Positions 26,101 to 37,110 of a stretch of 64,000 nucleotides of DNA are shown here, piece by piece. Under the pieces are notes generated by a model. The model ran no database searches, had not been told where the DNA came from, and worked only from the letters and a program-made list of their open reading frames with translations. The translations under genes and the position numbers were made by a program. Location of the stretch: positions 53,382,001 through 53,446,000 of the forward strand of contig NW_027266308.1 in NCBI RefSeq assembly GCF_022045235.1, in the 5' to 3' direction. Every line of letters starts with the position of its first letter. The stretch's first letter is position 1. This stretch comes from Haliotis cracherodii (taxonomy: Eukaryota).

Positions 26101-29100
26101 GAGTAAATGTTATTCGGCAGGAAGCAGCTTTGTGGTCTAAGAAGAGAACCGTTACTGATGAAATTAATAAATCTGCATTTTGGAGGATTACCTTTGACAA
26201 TCTAAATTTCAAGAGAAAGTTTGCAAAAACATTTTCAAGTGGTAGTGAAGTTTTAGGAAGAATGTTGAATCTTATAACTGGCCAAGTTACACACAGGAAA
26301 GTGTGTGTTTCGGACCATGAAATTATTCATGTGCCAAACCAGGAACATGTCACAATTGATGAAAATAGTTTCAGTGGTGATATTAACCTACCTGACAATT
26401 CCTGGATTCAATACCAACAAAATTTGGGACATCATTGCAGACTTCGGATAACAGGAAACATTGACTGCCAGCAAACAACGTTATTGCAAGATTTGAGAAA
26501 TACAATGCCTGATTTCACACCAGCAACAGGGGATAATGTTGCCTATGCTACAGTCGAAACAGCACAGGCATCAAGTATTACAGATGTATCAAAGTATCTT
26601 ATCAAATTGAAACAAGACCTGAAAATAGGTGAAGAAGGATATCCAAATAATGTAGTTGTTGGAGGTGACCAGCAGACATATGCAATTGTGAAAAATTTGA
26701 TGAAAAAATATCCTGGTACATTCCAATGGATTACTCCTGTTCCTGGCGATTGGCACTTACTAAAAAATGCAGCTGAAACTCTTAGAGACATGTTGTGGGA
26801 TGGGGGACTTCAAAACTTATGTAAAGTATGTAAACATATGAAAGATATTGTACAATGGAGAGATATTCATAATATGCTGTCTGCACTCCATGAATCATTG
26901 GTCTGTGAAGCTTTGAATGATATTCAAGAGGGAAATCAACACACTGATTTATCTCTTGGTGAATGGATAGAAAATAAGTCGTCATCAGAAAATTTAGATG
27001 AAGTGAGTCGGTTTTGGGCACAATCATTTAGATTTCTCAATGCGTACACAGGATACTACTTTGCTATTCGTTCAGGAAACTTTCAGCTGAGAAATATTTG
27101 TTTGCCAATTTTAACTGAGCTGTTCTTTTCTTATTCTCATAACAAATATGGAGAATTATCATGTCAAACTATCAATGACGTATTATGTTTGCCATCCAAT
27201 GTTTGTCAACATTTTAATGCTGGAGAATGGACACTAAGTCTGTCTGGTATTCCTTTTCATAATGTTGCATTAGATGAGGGACATGAACAGGTTATAAACA
27301 AGAGACTCAAAGAGATAACAACCAGGGCCTCTGAGCATAGAACTGTAACTTTGGCAAACTTTGTGGCATACTTGGATAAAGTAGTGCATCTATTCCAGAT
27401 GATATTATTCAGATATAAAAGTAAACCTAGACAGAGTGATGCAAGTAGGGTTGACTATTTCAAAGCAATTTATCCACATGTGAAGGCATGCAGTTTATTC
27501 AAATTTTCAGCCGAACCAAGGAAACTTAAGAATATGTTTTCAGACAAAGCAATTGAATTGGATAATGAAGTAAGGAATGATCTCCTAAGAGTTAGTGAAG
27601 AAGGATCAACTAGAATGAAGACATACATTCGTCAACATTTAATGCAGCCACCTCTTAAAATGCCCAAATCCCAAAAGAATAGGAAATTAAAAACGTTCTC
27701 AAAGAGGAAAACAACCCCCCGAACCCAGAACACAAAACTTGGCCAGGTTAGTTTGTTATTAAAGAGAGCATATTCACAACTTCAAAAATGTGGTCATTAT
27801 TTAGATAAAACTGTTGAATATCCATTAGCTCTATGTGATGAATTTGGTGAAATGAGGGCTAGGTCAAAGAGTAAGTTCAAGGATGTTTTAAAGAAATATG
27901 AATCAATCATGGCAATGTTCAAAACAAGTATTCCATTTAACATGTTCATGACAAAGAGTGAGGTTATCATAGATTTTCTAAAATTCATCCATGAACCAAC
28001 TCCACCAGATATTGTCACTTATGGGCAACTGGCAACATATTATTGGTCTCATGTCATTCTACGATTAGGTTTTGAGAGGGGCGCAGATGTCGTCACTATT
28101 GTGATAGATAAGCCAGATTTCTTTCCTCAGATAAGATCAAAACTGCATTCAGAAAGACAACAGAAAAGCAAAACAAACATTCAAAATCTTGACAAAATTG
28201 TTATTGATGAAGAAGGCAGTATATGTCATGGAAGTGAATATGTAAGTGCATTACAACACCATGGCTTTAAAAAACAGCTTATTTCATTTGTATGCCAGCA
28301 ATTTATCTCTAAAGCGAAAGAATGCTCAGGTAAATCCTTAATTATTGACTCCCCATCATTAGGGTGTGCTCCATTTTGCATTAAAGATGGTGTTGTTTCC
28401 AGATGCAGAGAAAATAATAAAGGTGAAGCTGATTGTGGTGTGTGGTTTCATGCAGCACAATCATGCTGCAATCAGATTTTAATAATTGCAAGTGACACTG
28501 ATATTTGGATGTATGGTCTGTCCCTATTCGAATTGGGACTTTTGGAATGTTCATTAGAAAAATGTTTTGTCATAGAACTTGTGTTGAACAGAGAATATGT
28601 CTCAATCAATGATGGAGTATATTTAATTCAACATTATGAGAGCTTCCAGAAGGAGGAAACAATATGTACTATTCTACTGATGATCTATCTTTTAAGTGGG
28701 TCGGATTATATCAGTAACTTTTATGGTATAACTTATCAACGATTCGTCGCCTGTTTTTTTAAATATGTGAATTTCATAAATGAAGTGAATGATAAATTGG
28801 TAATGGTATCACCCAGAGATAATTCAGTTGAAATATCTCACACAGCATACATCAGGCTTATTTGCTGCACCTATTTGGAGAAATATACTCGGCTTTACCG
28901 CCACATACATAATGACCCTGCATCACTGCTTACCTCTTTTAAAGTAGCAAATAGTAATTATAATGCAGACACTAAACATCTCCTTGAATGGCTAGGATAT
29001 AATTTGGAACAAAATTGTGCAAATGTGTCCAGTGAAGCAGGTTGGCTTGATTTTACTCGCAGAGTCTGTTACTTTTCTAATCATGGCTCTAAAGATTTGT

Positions 29101-30394
29101 ATAGACATATACCTCCAACAGAAAGTGCTCTTAATTTACACAGAAAACGAGGGAATTTTATTTTGACAATGGCCATTCAGAGTGTTAAGCCATTTTCAGA
29201 AACCTATTCTGAATGTTTTAGTAATGGTTGGCATAAAAGCAACAATGGCCAGGTAATAGTGGAATGGGATGTTAATTTAGAGCAGAGTAAGCGTATGCTC
29301 ACAAAGAAAAGACCTTTGCCTGCATCAAGATGCGGTTGTAAATCAGATAAAAATATGTGTGCACTTTCTGGAAGAGGGTGCAAAAACTGTTGTAAGATGT
29401 GCAAACCATGTACATCTTTGTGTTATTGCAAGGGAGGTCCTCAATGCATGAACCCACACCGTAATGGAGGCACATGTCCAAAATGTCTAGTGGAAAGTAA
29501 AATTTCTCAAAATGAAAACTCAGATACAGAGAGTATAGTTTCTAAAAGTACTGACTGTGACTCAGACACGACATTAGACTATGAATGGGATGATTTTAAC
29601 ACATATTTTGATGGAGACTACTTAAATATTCCTAATGAGGAGTACCAACTATTGTCCAGTGATAGTGGAGAGGAATTTTGATAACAATAATGGAAGTTTT
29701 GCCCTGGTTGAGGTTTGTGCATTGTTGGACTATCTTGTTGACACAACTAAATATATTACATGTATTCTTTTAACAGATACACATGTCAATGGAATTTTCT
29801 GACTTAAATGAAATATGGGGCTCAACAATTTTTTTATCATGAAATTGTAAACGCATCAAACATGATAATGATCCTCAGTTAATAACCTATATTTCCTCTT
29901 TAATCACAGAATTCATGCCTGTTGAAATTAATGGAACTGTAATATAATAACGTCTTTGCATGAAAACAATATCTGTGATGTTTACAGTTTGTAAAAAGTT
30001 GTATCATATTGTTGTTAATACATAGTATCCTTGTGTATTTTTTAGCATAATTAACAAATAAAACACAAACATTATGATTTCCCTGACAATCAGTCACTTA
30101 CAAAACAGTTTGATTCTATCTGTGGTAATAACATTTGAAAGATACTGAAGTATATTGTTTTTGTGTTATTCTTTGCTGAATGTACTAACATACATATCAG
30201 CAGACAAAGCAGGATACCATGTTTGTGTGTTACTCTCTGCCTTCCTGGGGCGGTTGAACTAGATGTCATCAAGCGGAGTGCTTATCTCTCTTATGGGCCA
30301 GTTTCAGATATCACATTTCGCATTCTCAAAGCGAGGCGATTAAAACGCGGGAAAATGAAGAAAATGGGGAATACCCTACTGAAAGTGTAGACTG
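23127..30394 (+). mobile_element. Full-length autonomous DNA transposon, Academ (AcademX)-like, 7268 bp
   Basis: TIRs CAGCTTACACTTTCAGTAG (23127-23145) and CTACTGAAAGTGTAGACTG (30376-30394), 17/19 match; TAA TSD at 23124-23126 and 30395-30397, confirmed against the uninterrupted LINE copy (ggccatttaatgtgtttccg); single long ORF. Confidence 0.88.
24156..29681 (+). CDS. 1841-aa Academ-type transposase: Cys-rich zinc-finger region, DDE-like core, XPG/FEN1-like (PIN) nuclease, C-terminal Cys-rich (CXC-like) domain, acidic tail
   Basis: Intact ORF. Candidate catalytic motifs ITFDNLNF, VGGDQQTY, PGDWH, DEGHEQVINK. XPG/FEN-like motifs VIIDF, IVID, GEAD, ASDTDI, LSGSDY..FYGI (H3TH-like), then IPPT..AL..H..R, NGW, and CGCK..C..CK.C..C..CT..CYC..C.N. 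Confidence 0.85.
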   Translation: MKLSSVYTVCIVLLVFQTWHNIYTCADLSHHRLTPLEKAGEIYEDFGTLSPLCWQNVNFIVYNCGISNFGCLVLFLCCFKLLAVKTIRYCLPVFILCRVWNIISTICFTCTFPFILCIWIFSLICATISTPGGVETYKNNTPQTSEEGTCCGKRKAQVSNQQMPSHEDNHMPQGPDQPKRHKKCDKPGAEPSPMCSIWVQLGKKPKHSHHHIVKKARYPLVRAEVFSAYLSYGGYRIHLDEDSCMCNACYMDCMKNAGTHQDGQKPRWSKLLTKDSEQERHCPVCHNDSSQSTCQCKDTSQFLNFDVWSLDISLNIWQKYYEISRPEFLATLRTSSVLCKRHYMELYHKNQKRKCCICYCKDSKDWAFVDNVKDRIEDIHGMTCSEDDWICCQCSSDLLKEESTKVQFEKDLRSRIPFIRKLAEHTKNCIAEVKKNGYKMRSSFVNAFRQTLPDSSDQQTLVKRFENYLANQIRKCVDISSYNDSRTCGTMLYDKTVFNDSSIKCIYEIVQENVKLRMKQEAPREGSTTISDIKSMIDIQTELMCNKHLTVDFRSVLDHHEENEPPYFLDNYLHSPLVHFLEEVLIRDKTSEKNLHKQRLKIQTIIGIMCNIRNPKVLLVQILVGLSAYACGLRDKGFDILNAMGLSCGVNVIRQEAALWSKKRTVTDEINKSAFWRITFDNLNFKRKFAKTFSSGSEVLGRMLNLITGQVTHRKVCVSDHEIIHVPNQEHVTIDENSFSGDINLPDNSWIQYQQNLGHHCRLRITGNIDCQQTTLLQDLRNTMPDFTPATGDNVAYATVETAQASSITDVSKYLIKLKQDLKIGEEGYPNNVVVGGDQQTYAIVKNLMKKYPGTFQWITPVPGDWHLLKNAAETLRDMLWDGGLQNLCKVCKHMKDIVQWRDIHNMLSALHESLVCEALNDIQEGNQHTDLSLGEWIENKSSSENLDEVSRFWAQSFRFLNAYTGYYFAIRSGNFQLRNICLPILTELFFSYSHNKYGELSCQTINDVLCLPSNVCQHFNAGEWTLSLSGIPFHNVALDEGHEQVINKRLKEITTRASEHRTVTLANFVAYLDKVVHLFQMILFRYKSKPRQSDASRVDYFKAIYPHVKACSLFKFSAEPRKLKNMFSDKAIELDNEVRNDLLRVSEEGSTRMKTYIRQHLMQPPLKMPKSQKNRKLKTFSKRKTTPRTQNTKLGQVSLLLKRAYSQLQKCGHYLDKTVEYPLALCDEFGEMRARSKSKFKDVLKKYESIMAMFKTSIPFNMFMTKSEVIIDFLKFIHEPTPPDIVTYGQLATYYWSHVILRLGFERGADVVTIVIDKPDFFPQIRSKLHSERQQKSKTNIQNLDKIVIDEEGSICHGSEYVSALQHHGFKKQLISFVCQQFISKAKECSGKSLIIDSPSLGCAPFCIKDGVVSRCRENNKGEADCGVWFHAAQSCCNQILIIASDTDIWMYGLSLFELGLLECSLEKCFVIELVLNREYVSINDGVYLIQHYESFQKEETICTILLMIYLLSGSDYISNFYGITYQRFVACFFKYVNFINEVNDKLVMVSPRDNSVEISHTAYIRLICCTYLEKYTRLYRHIHNDPASLLTSFKVANSNYNADTKHLLEWLGYNLEQNCANVSSEAGWLDFTRRVCYFSNHGSKDLYRHIPPTESALNLHRKRGNFILTMAIQSVKPFSETYSECFSNGWHKSNNGQVIVEWDVNLEQSKRMLTKKRPLPASRCGCKSDKNMCALSGRGCKNCCKMCKPCTSLCYCKGGPQCMNPHRNGGTCPKCLVESKISQNENSDTESIVSKSTDCDSDTTLDYEWDDFNTYFDGDYLNIPNEEYQLLSSDSGEEF

Positions 30395-32152
30395 TAATGT
30401 GTTTCCGAGAGGGGCGAAGGTGGTCTGTGCAACCTAAGAGGGGGGTTTTAGGGGTTGCTTATATAGAATTTGGGAATTTTGAGATTTGGAATAGATGCCG
30501 ATGGGATTGGGGAGGAGAACTAAGGGAGCTGGGTATGGTGGATGTTTGTTTGTTTATGTGATTTTGATTTGGTAGGTTATTGTGTTTTTAGATGCGTTTT
30601 ATTAGTTCCGTTTTTATTAAGAATACGCCTAAGGCCTTGAAGTTTTCTAGTTTATTTTGTGGGTTTAGTATTTCTTCTAGAGTTAGAGCCTTGTTTAGAT
30701 TGAGGGTGGTTTGTAATGCGGTTCGATGTGTTAGGTAGTGTGTGCAGTGGATGAGTGCGTGTTCTGGGGTTTCTGGTTGTTTGCAGTGTGGGCAGTTACC
30801 TGTAGTGTGTTTTTTAATTTTTTTTAGGTGGTTATTTAGGTTGGTGTGTCCTGTTTGGAGTTTAGTGATTACTCTGTCGATTTTTTTGGATGGATGGAGA
30901 ATTTTTGGTTTGGTTAGTGGTTTGCTGAGCACTTTTTTGATTTGGCTATTTGAGTTTAGATATAGGTTGTGCCATTTTTGTGTGATTTTTTGTTTGTTTA
31001 CACTTTTAATTTCTGATTTTGAGATGGGTAAGTTTAAGCTTATTTCTGGGATTTTGAGGGATAGTTTAGCTGCTTTATCGGCGTTTTCATTACCGTATAT
31101 TCCTACGTGGGCGGGTATCCACAAGAAGGTTATTTGTTTGCCTGCCTTAGTTAGGTCGTTGGAGCTTTTAAGTATTTGATTTATTAATTTAGGTCGGTTT
31201 TTGGTATTTTTGTTTTGGAGGGCTTGCAGTCCACTTAGGGAGTCGGTAAGTATTAGGATTTTTTGTGTTTTTTGGATTCTTGATTATGGAGGGCTGAGGC
31301 CATGCCCATTAGTTCTGCCGTGAATATTGATTGGTTATTTGGGAGTCGGAAGGATTGTGTGGTTTTAGTTGGTTGTGTGGTATGGACTCCGAAACCTGTG
31401 TGTTTGGAGGTCGGATTTGAGGATCCGTCCGTGTAAATGTGACACCAACTTGGCCAATGTTCGTGTATGTATGCTAGTGTGGTAGTTTTAGCTATTTTTG
31501 GGTCGGTTTGTTTATTTATTTGGCTAGCTAGTGTTGTGTCTATTTTGGGTATTTTAAGTTTAGGGGTGAAGATATTTGTGTTAATGCCTGGCCCTTCCAC
31601 ACACTATAAGGATTCCTCGCTAGGATTTGTAAATGTTTTGTCCCTGTTTGTTAATGAAATTGTCCCACAAAACAAGATGGACATTTAAACGTAGTGTCCA
31701 CACAGATGTGCTACGTAGGGCGGCCTCTTTGATGTAGGTGTAAAGTTTTGACAGGTAAGTGAGTACACGCTCACCTGGCGGAGGCTACTTTAATGTACCG
31801 CTACCTCGTCGACGACTGCTACCGTTTTAATTAGGTAAACAAAGATATGGTTCTTATTGCTGTGAAAACAATCAAGATGTTTCAACTTAAACAGCATGGC
31901 GGCTATACATGAAGAAAGAATTCCTGATTATTAACAACACAGACGTAGGGAGTAATGAGTGGGTGGTGTATGGTGGTTGACTTAAAAGAAGCCCGATGGT
32001 CATGGTACGGGTATAAAGTCGAAAACTTCCATCCTTGAGTCATCAGTCAAAGAGCTGCCCTAATCGAAACCAGCAAGACTTGTCACCGAGACCATCTTCA
32101 CATTTCGAGCATTTTCTCTTTTAAAAGTATTCTATACAATTACCACATTAAA

Positions 32153-32989
32153 ATGAAAGTGAAGAGCCCCGAAACCAAGCCAAGCAAGTGCACCGCCAAC
32201 AAGACAATCGTTCCGGCAAGGAACAGGATCAAGTACTCTGCTAGTCAGGTAAACATTTAATTGCTCGAAACGTCAATAGGAAGAAAACATAAACTTTTGT
32301 TATTTCAAAAGTAAATCGCAATACAAATTTAACACGTTTTCATCTCCACTATCCATATCCACAGTTGAGGGAACTGGAGAAGGTATTCGTGTCCTCTCAG
32401 TATCCTGACAGCTCCATCTTGGAGGATCTCTCCAACACCATCAACATCGACGTAGAGAGACTATCGGTAGGTAAATCCTCTTTATTAAACTTAACAGAAG
32501 TTCTCGAAAGAGATAATTGATCGCACAATACACAATATCATAGTGATATAAAAATCAAAGTAAGTACACACCAAGTTAGTTTCACAGGCGTGTAGTGGGC
32601 TCTTATTAGCTTCAACACAATAGCATGTCTCGGACTAACAACAATCTCTTCTCTTCTTCAGCCTCCACTACCTACCCAGCACTGGACCCGGCTGCTCCTC
32701 AGTGACGGACTACGACCACGTCTACAACCCCCTGATGTATCCATCATCACACAACGTCTACAGCGCACTCACTGACGCAGTATCCTGTACACGGCCTACC
32801 CAGAATACTCTCCACTACCCACATCTGATGACGGAAACATCCTTCCAAGTCACACCATGCCAGCAACAGTGGACAGAGTATTCCAACCAGTCCAACTTCA
32901 GCTCTCCCGGAACTCCATACTACCAGAATTATATACCCCACTTCAACTTCCTAAGTGATCAGATGACATTTCCCCAGATGGGCGTCTAG
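32153..32989 (+). pseudogene. Homeobox copy 1: exon 3 (recognition helix WFQNRR) removed by a ~385-bp deletion
   Basis: Exon 1 (32153-32248) and exon 2 (32365-32466) are intact; junction gatataaaaatcaaagtaag at ~32550 skips the end of intron 2 and nearly all of exon 3; splicing exon 2 to exon 4 would frameshift. Confidence 0.88.
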
Positions 32990-34167
32990 AACCTTCGGGG
33001 ATGTATTCGTGGCCAGACGAAGCACGAGGGCGTAATTTGTGCAATATGCACTGCAGTCCAATGTTCAACTCATCTTGGGCCTGCTTTGTTACTATTAATG
33101 TATATATTGTTGTGTTTACGTTATGGATTGCAACTGTCATTTGAAGAGGACTGTGTAAATGTTTCTGAGATAATAAACATTATCTGAAAACTATCATTTC
33201 CTGTTCTTATGAAACACGCATTTTCCCACTTTCATGTAAACCACGATTACAAATATCTTACTGATAAACAAAGGATCCTAAACAGGCGAATCTTGGATTC
33301 GAACACATGATTGGTGGATGTTGGTTGGACTAAGAGACAAACCTCTGCACCGTTCAAATGAATCTGCTTGAAGGAAACTTTTATTGTGAAATTTAACCGT
33401 TCTTTAGGTTGTGTGATATGAAATATAAAGCATTGTATAAATCATTTTTAGCAAAGCTACCCTCACAGGTATAGATCCTCACCTCCTTGGAAACATGTGT
33501 GTTGCAACTGCGACAGATATCCTGCTTTGCTCAGGTCACATTTAAGAGTGTTGTGGTTACATATGTTCCATCGTATATAGGTAATAACTAAAACATTAAA
33601 TGAAGCTATGTTTTCACACACTATAAGGATTCCTCGCTAGGGTTGTAAATGTTTTGTCCCTGTTTGTTTATGAAATTGTCCCACAAAACAAGATGGACAT
33701 TTAAACGTAGTGTCCACACAGGTGTGCTACGTAGGGCGGCCTCTTTGATGTAGGTGTAAAGTTTTGACAGGTAAGTGAGTACACGCTCACCTGGCGGAGG
33801 CTACTTTAATGTACCGCTACCTCGTCGACGACTGCTACCGTTTTAATTAGGTAAACAAAGATATAGTTCTTATTGCTGTGAAAACAATCAAGATGTTTCA
33901 ACTTAAACAGCATGGCGGCTATACATGAAGAAAGAATTCCTGATTATTAACAACACAGACGTGGGAGTAATGAGTGGGTGGTGTATGGTGGTTGACTTAA
34001 AAGAAGCCCGATGGTCATGGTACGGGTATAAAGTCGAAAACTTCCATCCTTGAGTCATCAGTCATAGAGCTGCCCTAATCGAAACCAGCAAGACTTGTCA
34101 CCGAGACCATCTTCACATTTCGAGCATTTTCTCTTTTAAAAGTATTCTATACAATTACCACACTATA

Positions 34168-34905
34168 ATGAAAGTGAAGAGCCCCGAAACCAAGCCAAGC
34201 AAGTGCACCGTCAACAAGACAATCGTTTCGGCAAGGAACAGAATCAAGTACTCTGCTAGTCAGGTAAACATTTAATTGCTCGAAACGTCAATAGGAAGAA
34301 AACATAAACTATTGTTATTTCAAAAGTAAATCGCAATACAAATCTCTCCAACACCATCAACATCGACGTAGAGAGACTATCGGTAGGTAAATCCTCTTTA
34401 TTAAACTTAACAGAAGTTCTCGAAAGAGATAATTGATCGCACAATACACAATATCATAGTGATATAAAAATCAAAGTAAGTACACACCAAGTTAGTTTCA
34501 CAGGCGTGTAGTGGGCTCTTATTAGCTTCAACACAATAGCATGTCTCGGACTAACAACAATCTCTTCTCTTCTTCAGCCTCCACTACCTACCCAGCACTG
34601 GACCCGGCTGCTCCTCAGTGACGGACTACGACCACGTCTACAACCCCCTGATGTATCCATCATCACACAACGTCTACAGCGCACTCACTGACGCAGTATC
34701 CTGTACACGGCCTACCCAGAATACTCTCCACTACCCACATCTGATGACGGAAACATCCTTCCAAGTCACACCATGCCAGCAACAGTGGACAGAGTATTCC
34801 AACCAGTCCAACTTCAGCTCTCCCGGAACTCCATACTACCAGAATTATATACCCCACTTCAACTTCCTAAGTGATCAGATGACATTTCCCCAGATGGGCG
34901 TCTAG
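34168..34905 (+). pseudogene. Homeobox copy 2: same exon-3 deletion plus a 99-bp deletion removing the exon-2 acceptor and most of exon 2
   Basis: Junction caatacaaat|ctctccaac at ~34343; distance from ATG to the exon-4 GTG is 450 versus 549 in copy 1 and 938 in intact copy 3. Confidence 0.88.
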
Positions 34906-36654
34906 AACCTTCGGGGATGTATTCGTGGCCAGACGAAGCACGAGGGCGTAATTTGTGCAATATGCACTGCAGTCCAATGTTCAACTCATCTTGGGCCTGC
35001 TTTGTTACTATTAATGTATATATTGTTGTGTTTACGTTATGGATTGCAACTGTCATTTGAAGAGGACTGTGTAAATGTTTCTGAGATAATAAACATTATC
35101 TGAAAACTATCATTTCCTGTTCTTATGAAACACGCATTTTCCCACTTTCATGTAAACCACGATTACAAATATCTTACTGATAAACAAAGGATCCTAAACA
35201 GGCGAATCTTGGATTCGAACACATGATTGGTGGATGTTGGTTGGACTAAGAGACAAACCTCTGCACCGTTCAAATGAATCTGCTTGAAGGAAACTTTTAT
35301 TGTGAAATTTAACCGTTCTTTAGGTTGTGTGATATGAAATATAAAGCATTGTATAAATCATTTTTAGCAAAGCTACCCTCACAGGTATAGATCCTCACCT
35401 CCTTGGAAACATGTGTGTTGCAACTGCGACAGATATCCTGCTTTGCTCAGGTCACATTTAAGAGTGTTGTGGTTACATATGTTCCATCGTATATAGGTAA
35501 TAACTAAAACATTAAATGAAGCTATGTTTTCAAGGCTTGAATGATACATTTGGCATCAAATAACACTCATGTTAAACTTTGAAGCTGCTCAGTTACGGTC
35601 AATGTGATATCCCGATCTATGCCTGTAAGGTATTATCAACAACTTTCGTATGCACTTGTAATCGCCATGTTGCGTATAGGAGCCAAACCTTCATGCTGAC
35701 GTTATCGGATTATCGGGCGCTTCCTTTGGATACCATTGTCTTAAGCAGATGTCGACACAATTTACCGTCTGGGAGCGTAAAACATATATACATGCATAAG
35801 GCGTGTCGGACAAACCAATTACGTCAATCAGTACTGTACATACATTATATACCACTAGTTCAAACCATTCATTATTTCATATGGCGAGAGATACAGACTG
35901 GTAAACGGGAAATTTACCCATAGGGTGACCCTTGTATTGCAGAAAAGCCAAGCAAGTAATGGTACAGCAATCACAGTTTAAGGTGTCATTTACAGGTATT
36001 TGGATTATTACCACGAAAAAGTACATGGCAATAGTTTCAACAGTTTTAAAAATAGTTTGCCAAATCAATACTGACATTAATTTCTTCATAACCATCATTT
36101 AGGATCCGATTTTCTATCATAATACCATATGGATCTTCCAAATGTTATATATCAATTTATTTATGTGTCAGTTTAGGTATGTAATGTGTATTTTATTATC
36201 ATATTGTGAGGCGCTAAATATACAGGTGAGGAACATCAAACGTCCCATGAACTACTTGAACCTTACCCCTCTATAAATTGTAAATATAGTTGCTGAGTTT
36301 TCAGCTTCATGTTGGTTGTGAGACTTCATTAAATATTAAGTACCAAAAACGTCTCTACACTATGGTGGCAGCCAACTTCTACTAATATTTCGATCAAATG
36401 ATAATATACCTTACGTCGGAATATATGCATCGGAATATATAGAATCTGAGCGTGATCTTGAAATAGCTTGGCACATCCGTTCAGTTAGCATAGAGTAAAA
36501 TATTTTGAAGTTAATAAAGTGAAATATAAATAGCTACAAAGAGAAAAGTAATTTTTACGTGTTATCGGTGGTTATGATGAACATGTAACTTGAAAATTGC
36601 AAGGTTTTTACCAAACCTAAAATTCTTAAGAGAGGCGGGTAAAGACAATAAAAT

Positions 36655-37110
36655 AAACTTTCCATATTCATATTAAGAATTTGTGTCAAACACACACTCG
36701 ATTGTATAATTCCGACCATATCATGAGTATGTTTCCATTAGTCGCCATCAAATAGTGATGATACCAGATGTTGGCGAAAAGGCGAGCGTATCCGGCTCCG
36801 CTATTTCCCCAGTTGCACCCCGTCACAAACACATGCAAAACCAAGGCAATTGTTCACCCGAAAAAAAACAACGGAACAAGTTAAAAAGGGAACTGTATCA
36901 AGCATCATTTGGTCACTGGTGCGTCAAATTTGGAAATGTCATCCACATGTCTACCACAAAAGCTTTAAAAGCTTTATGTTGTAACTAAGAACACTCTTTG
37001 AAATCATCGTGGAAAGAGCTTGCTCGAGTGAACCTCAAAAGTTGTGAAATGTAGACAACTGGGAACCATTTTTCTTGGCTCACGACATATATACGCCTTA
37101 TTTCTTTTGA
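36655..37110 (-). mobile_element. Penelope-like 3' remnant carried in the spacer of every full array unit
   Basis: Homologous to 8100-8560 (atcaaatagt.atgatacca..tgtt.gcgaaaa...ccccgtcacaaacac...cacatgtcta); repeats at each unit period. Confidence 0.65.

Larger units (their letters stand above)
23042..31578 (-). mobile_element. 5'-truncated RNase H-containing LINE (I-group-like), ~1.27 kb of its own sequence, split by a nested DNA transposon
   Basis: (TAAG)n tail at 23042-23060 on the minus strand; 23042-23126 plus 30398-31578 match the 3' end of the LINE at 46217-49573; TSD tgttaatgc(ct) at 23033-23043 and 31579-31589; RNase H motifs IYTDGS and WIPAHVGIYGNENADKAAK; 1-bp frameshift near 31260. 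Confidence 0.93.

Noticed and set aside
23127-30394. PIF/Harbinger (because of the TAA TSD) or a wholly new transposon superfamily
   Set aside because: No Harbinger-type two-ORF layout with a Myb/SANT protein; the transposase + XPG + Cys-rich architecture with a 3-bp TSD fits the described Academ superfamily.
30742-31179. Antisense ORFs over the LINEs and transposase (e.g. 145 aa, 127 aa)
   Set aside because: Shadow ORFs caused by strong strand compositional bias of the coding strand.
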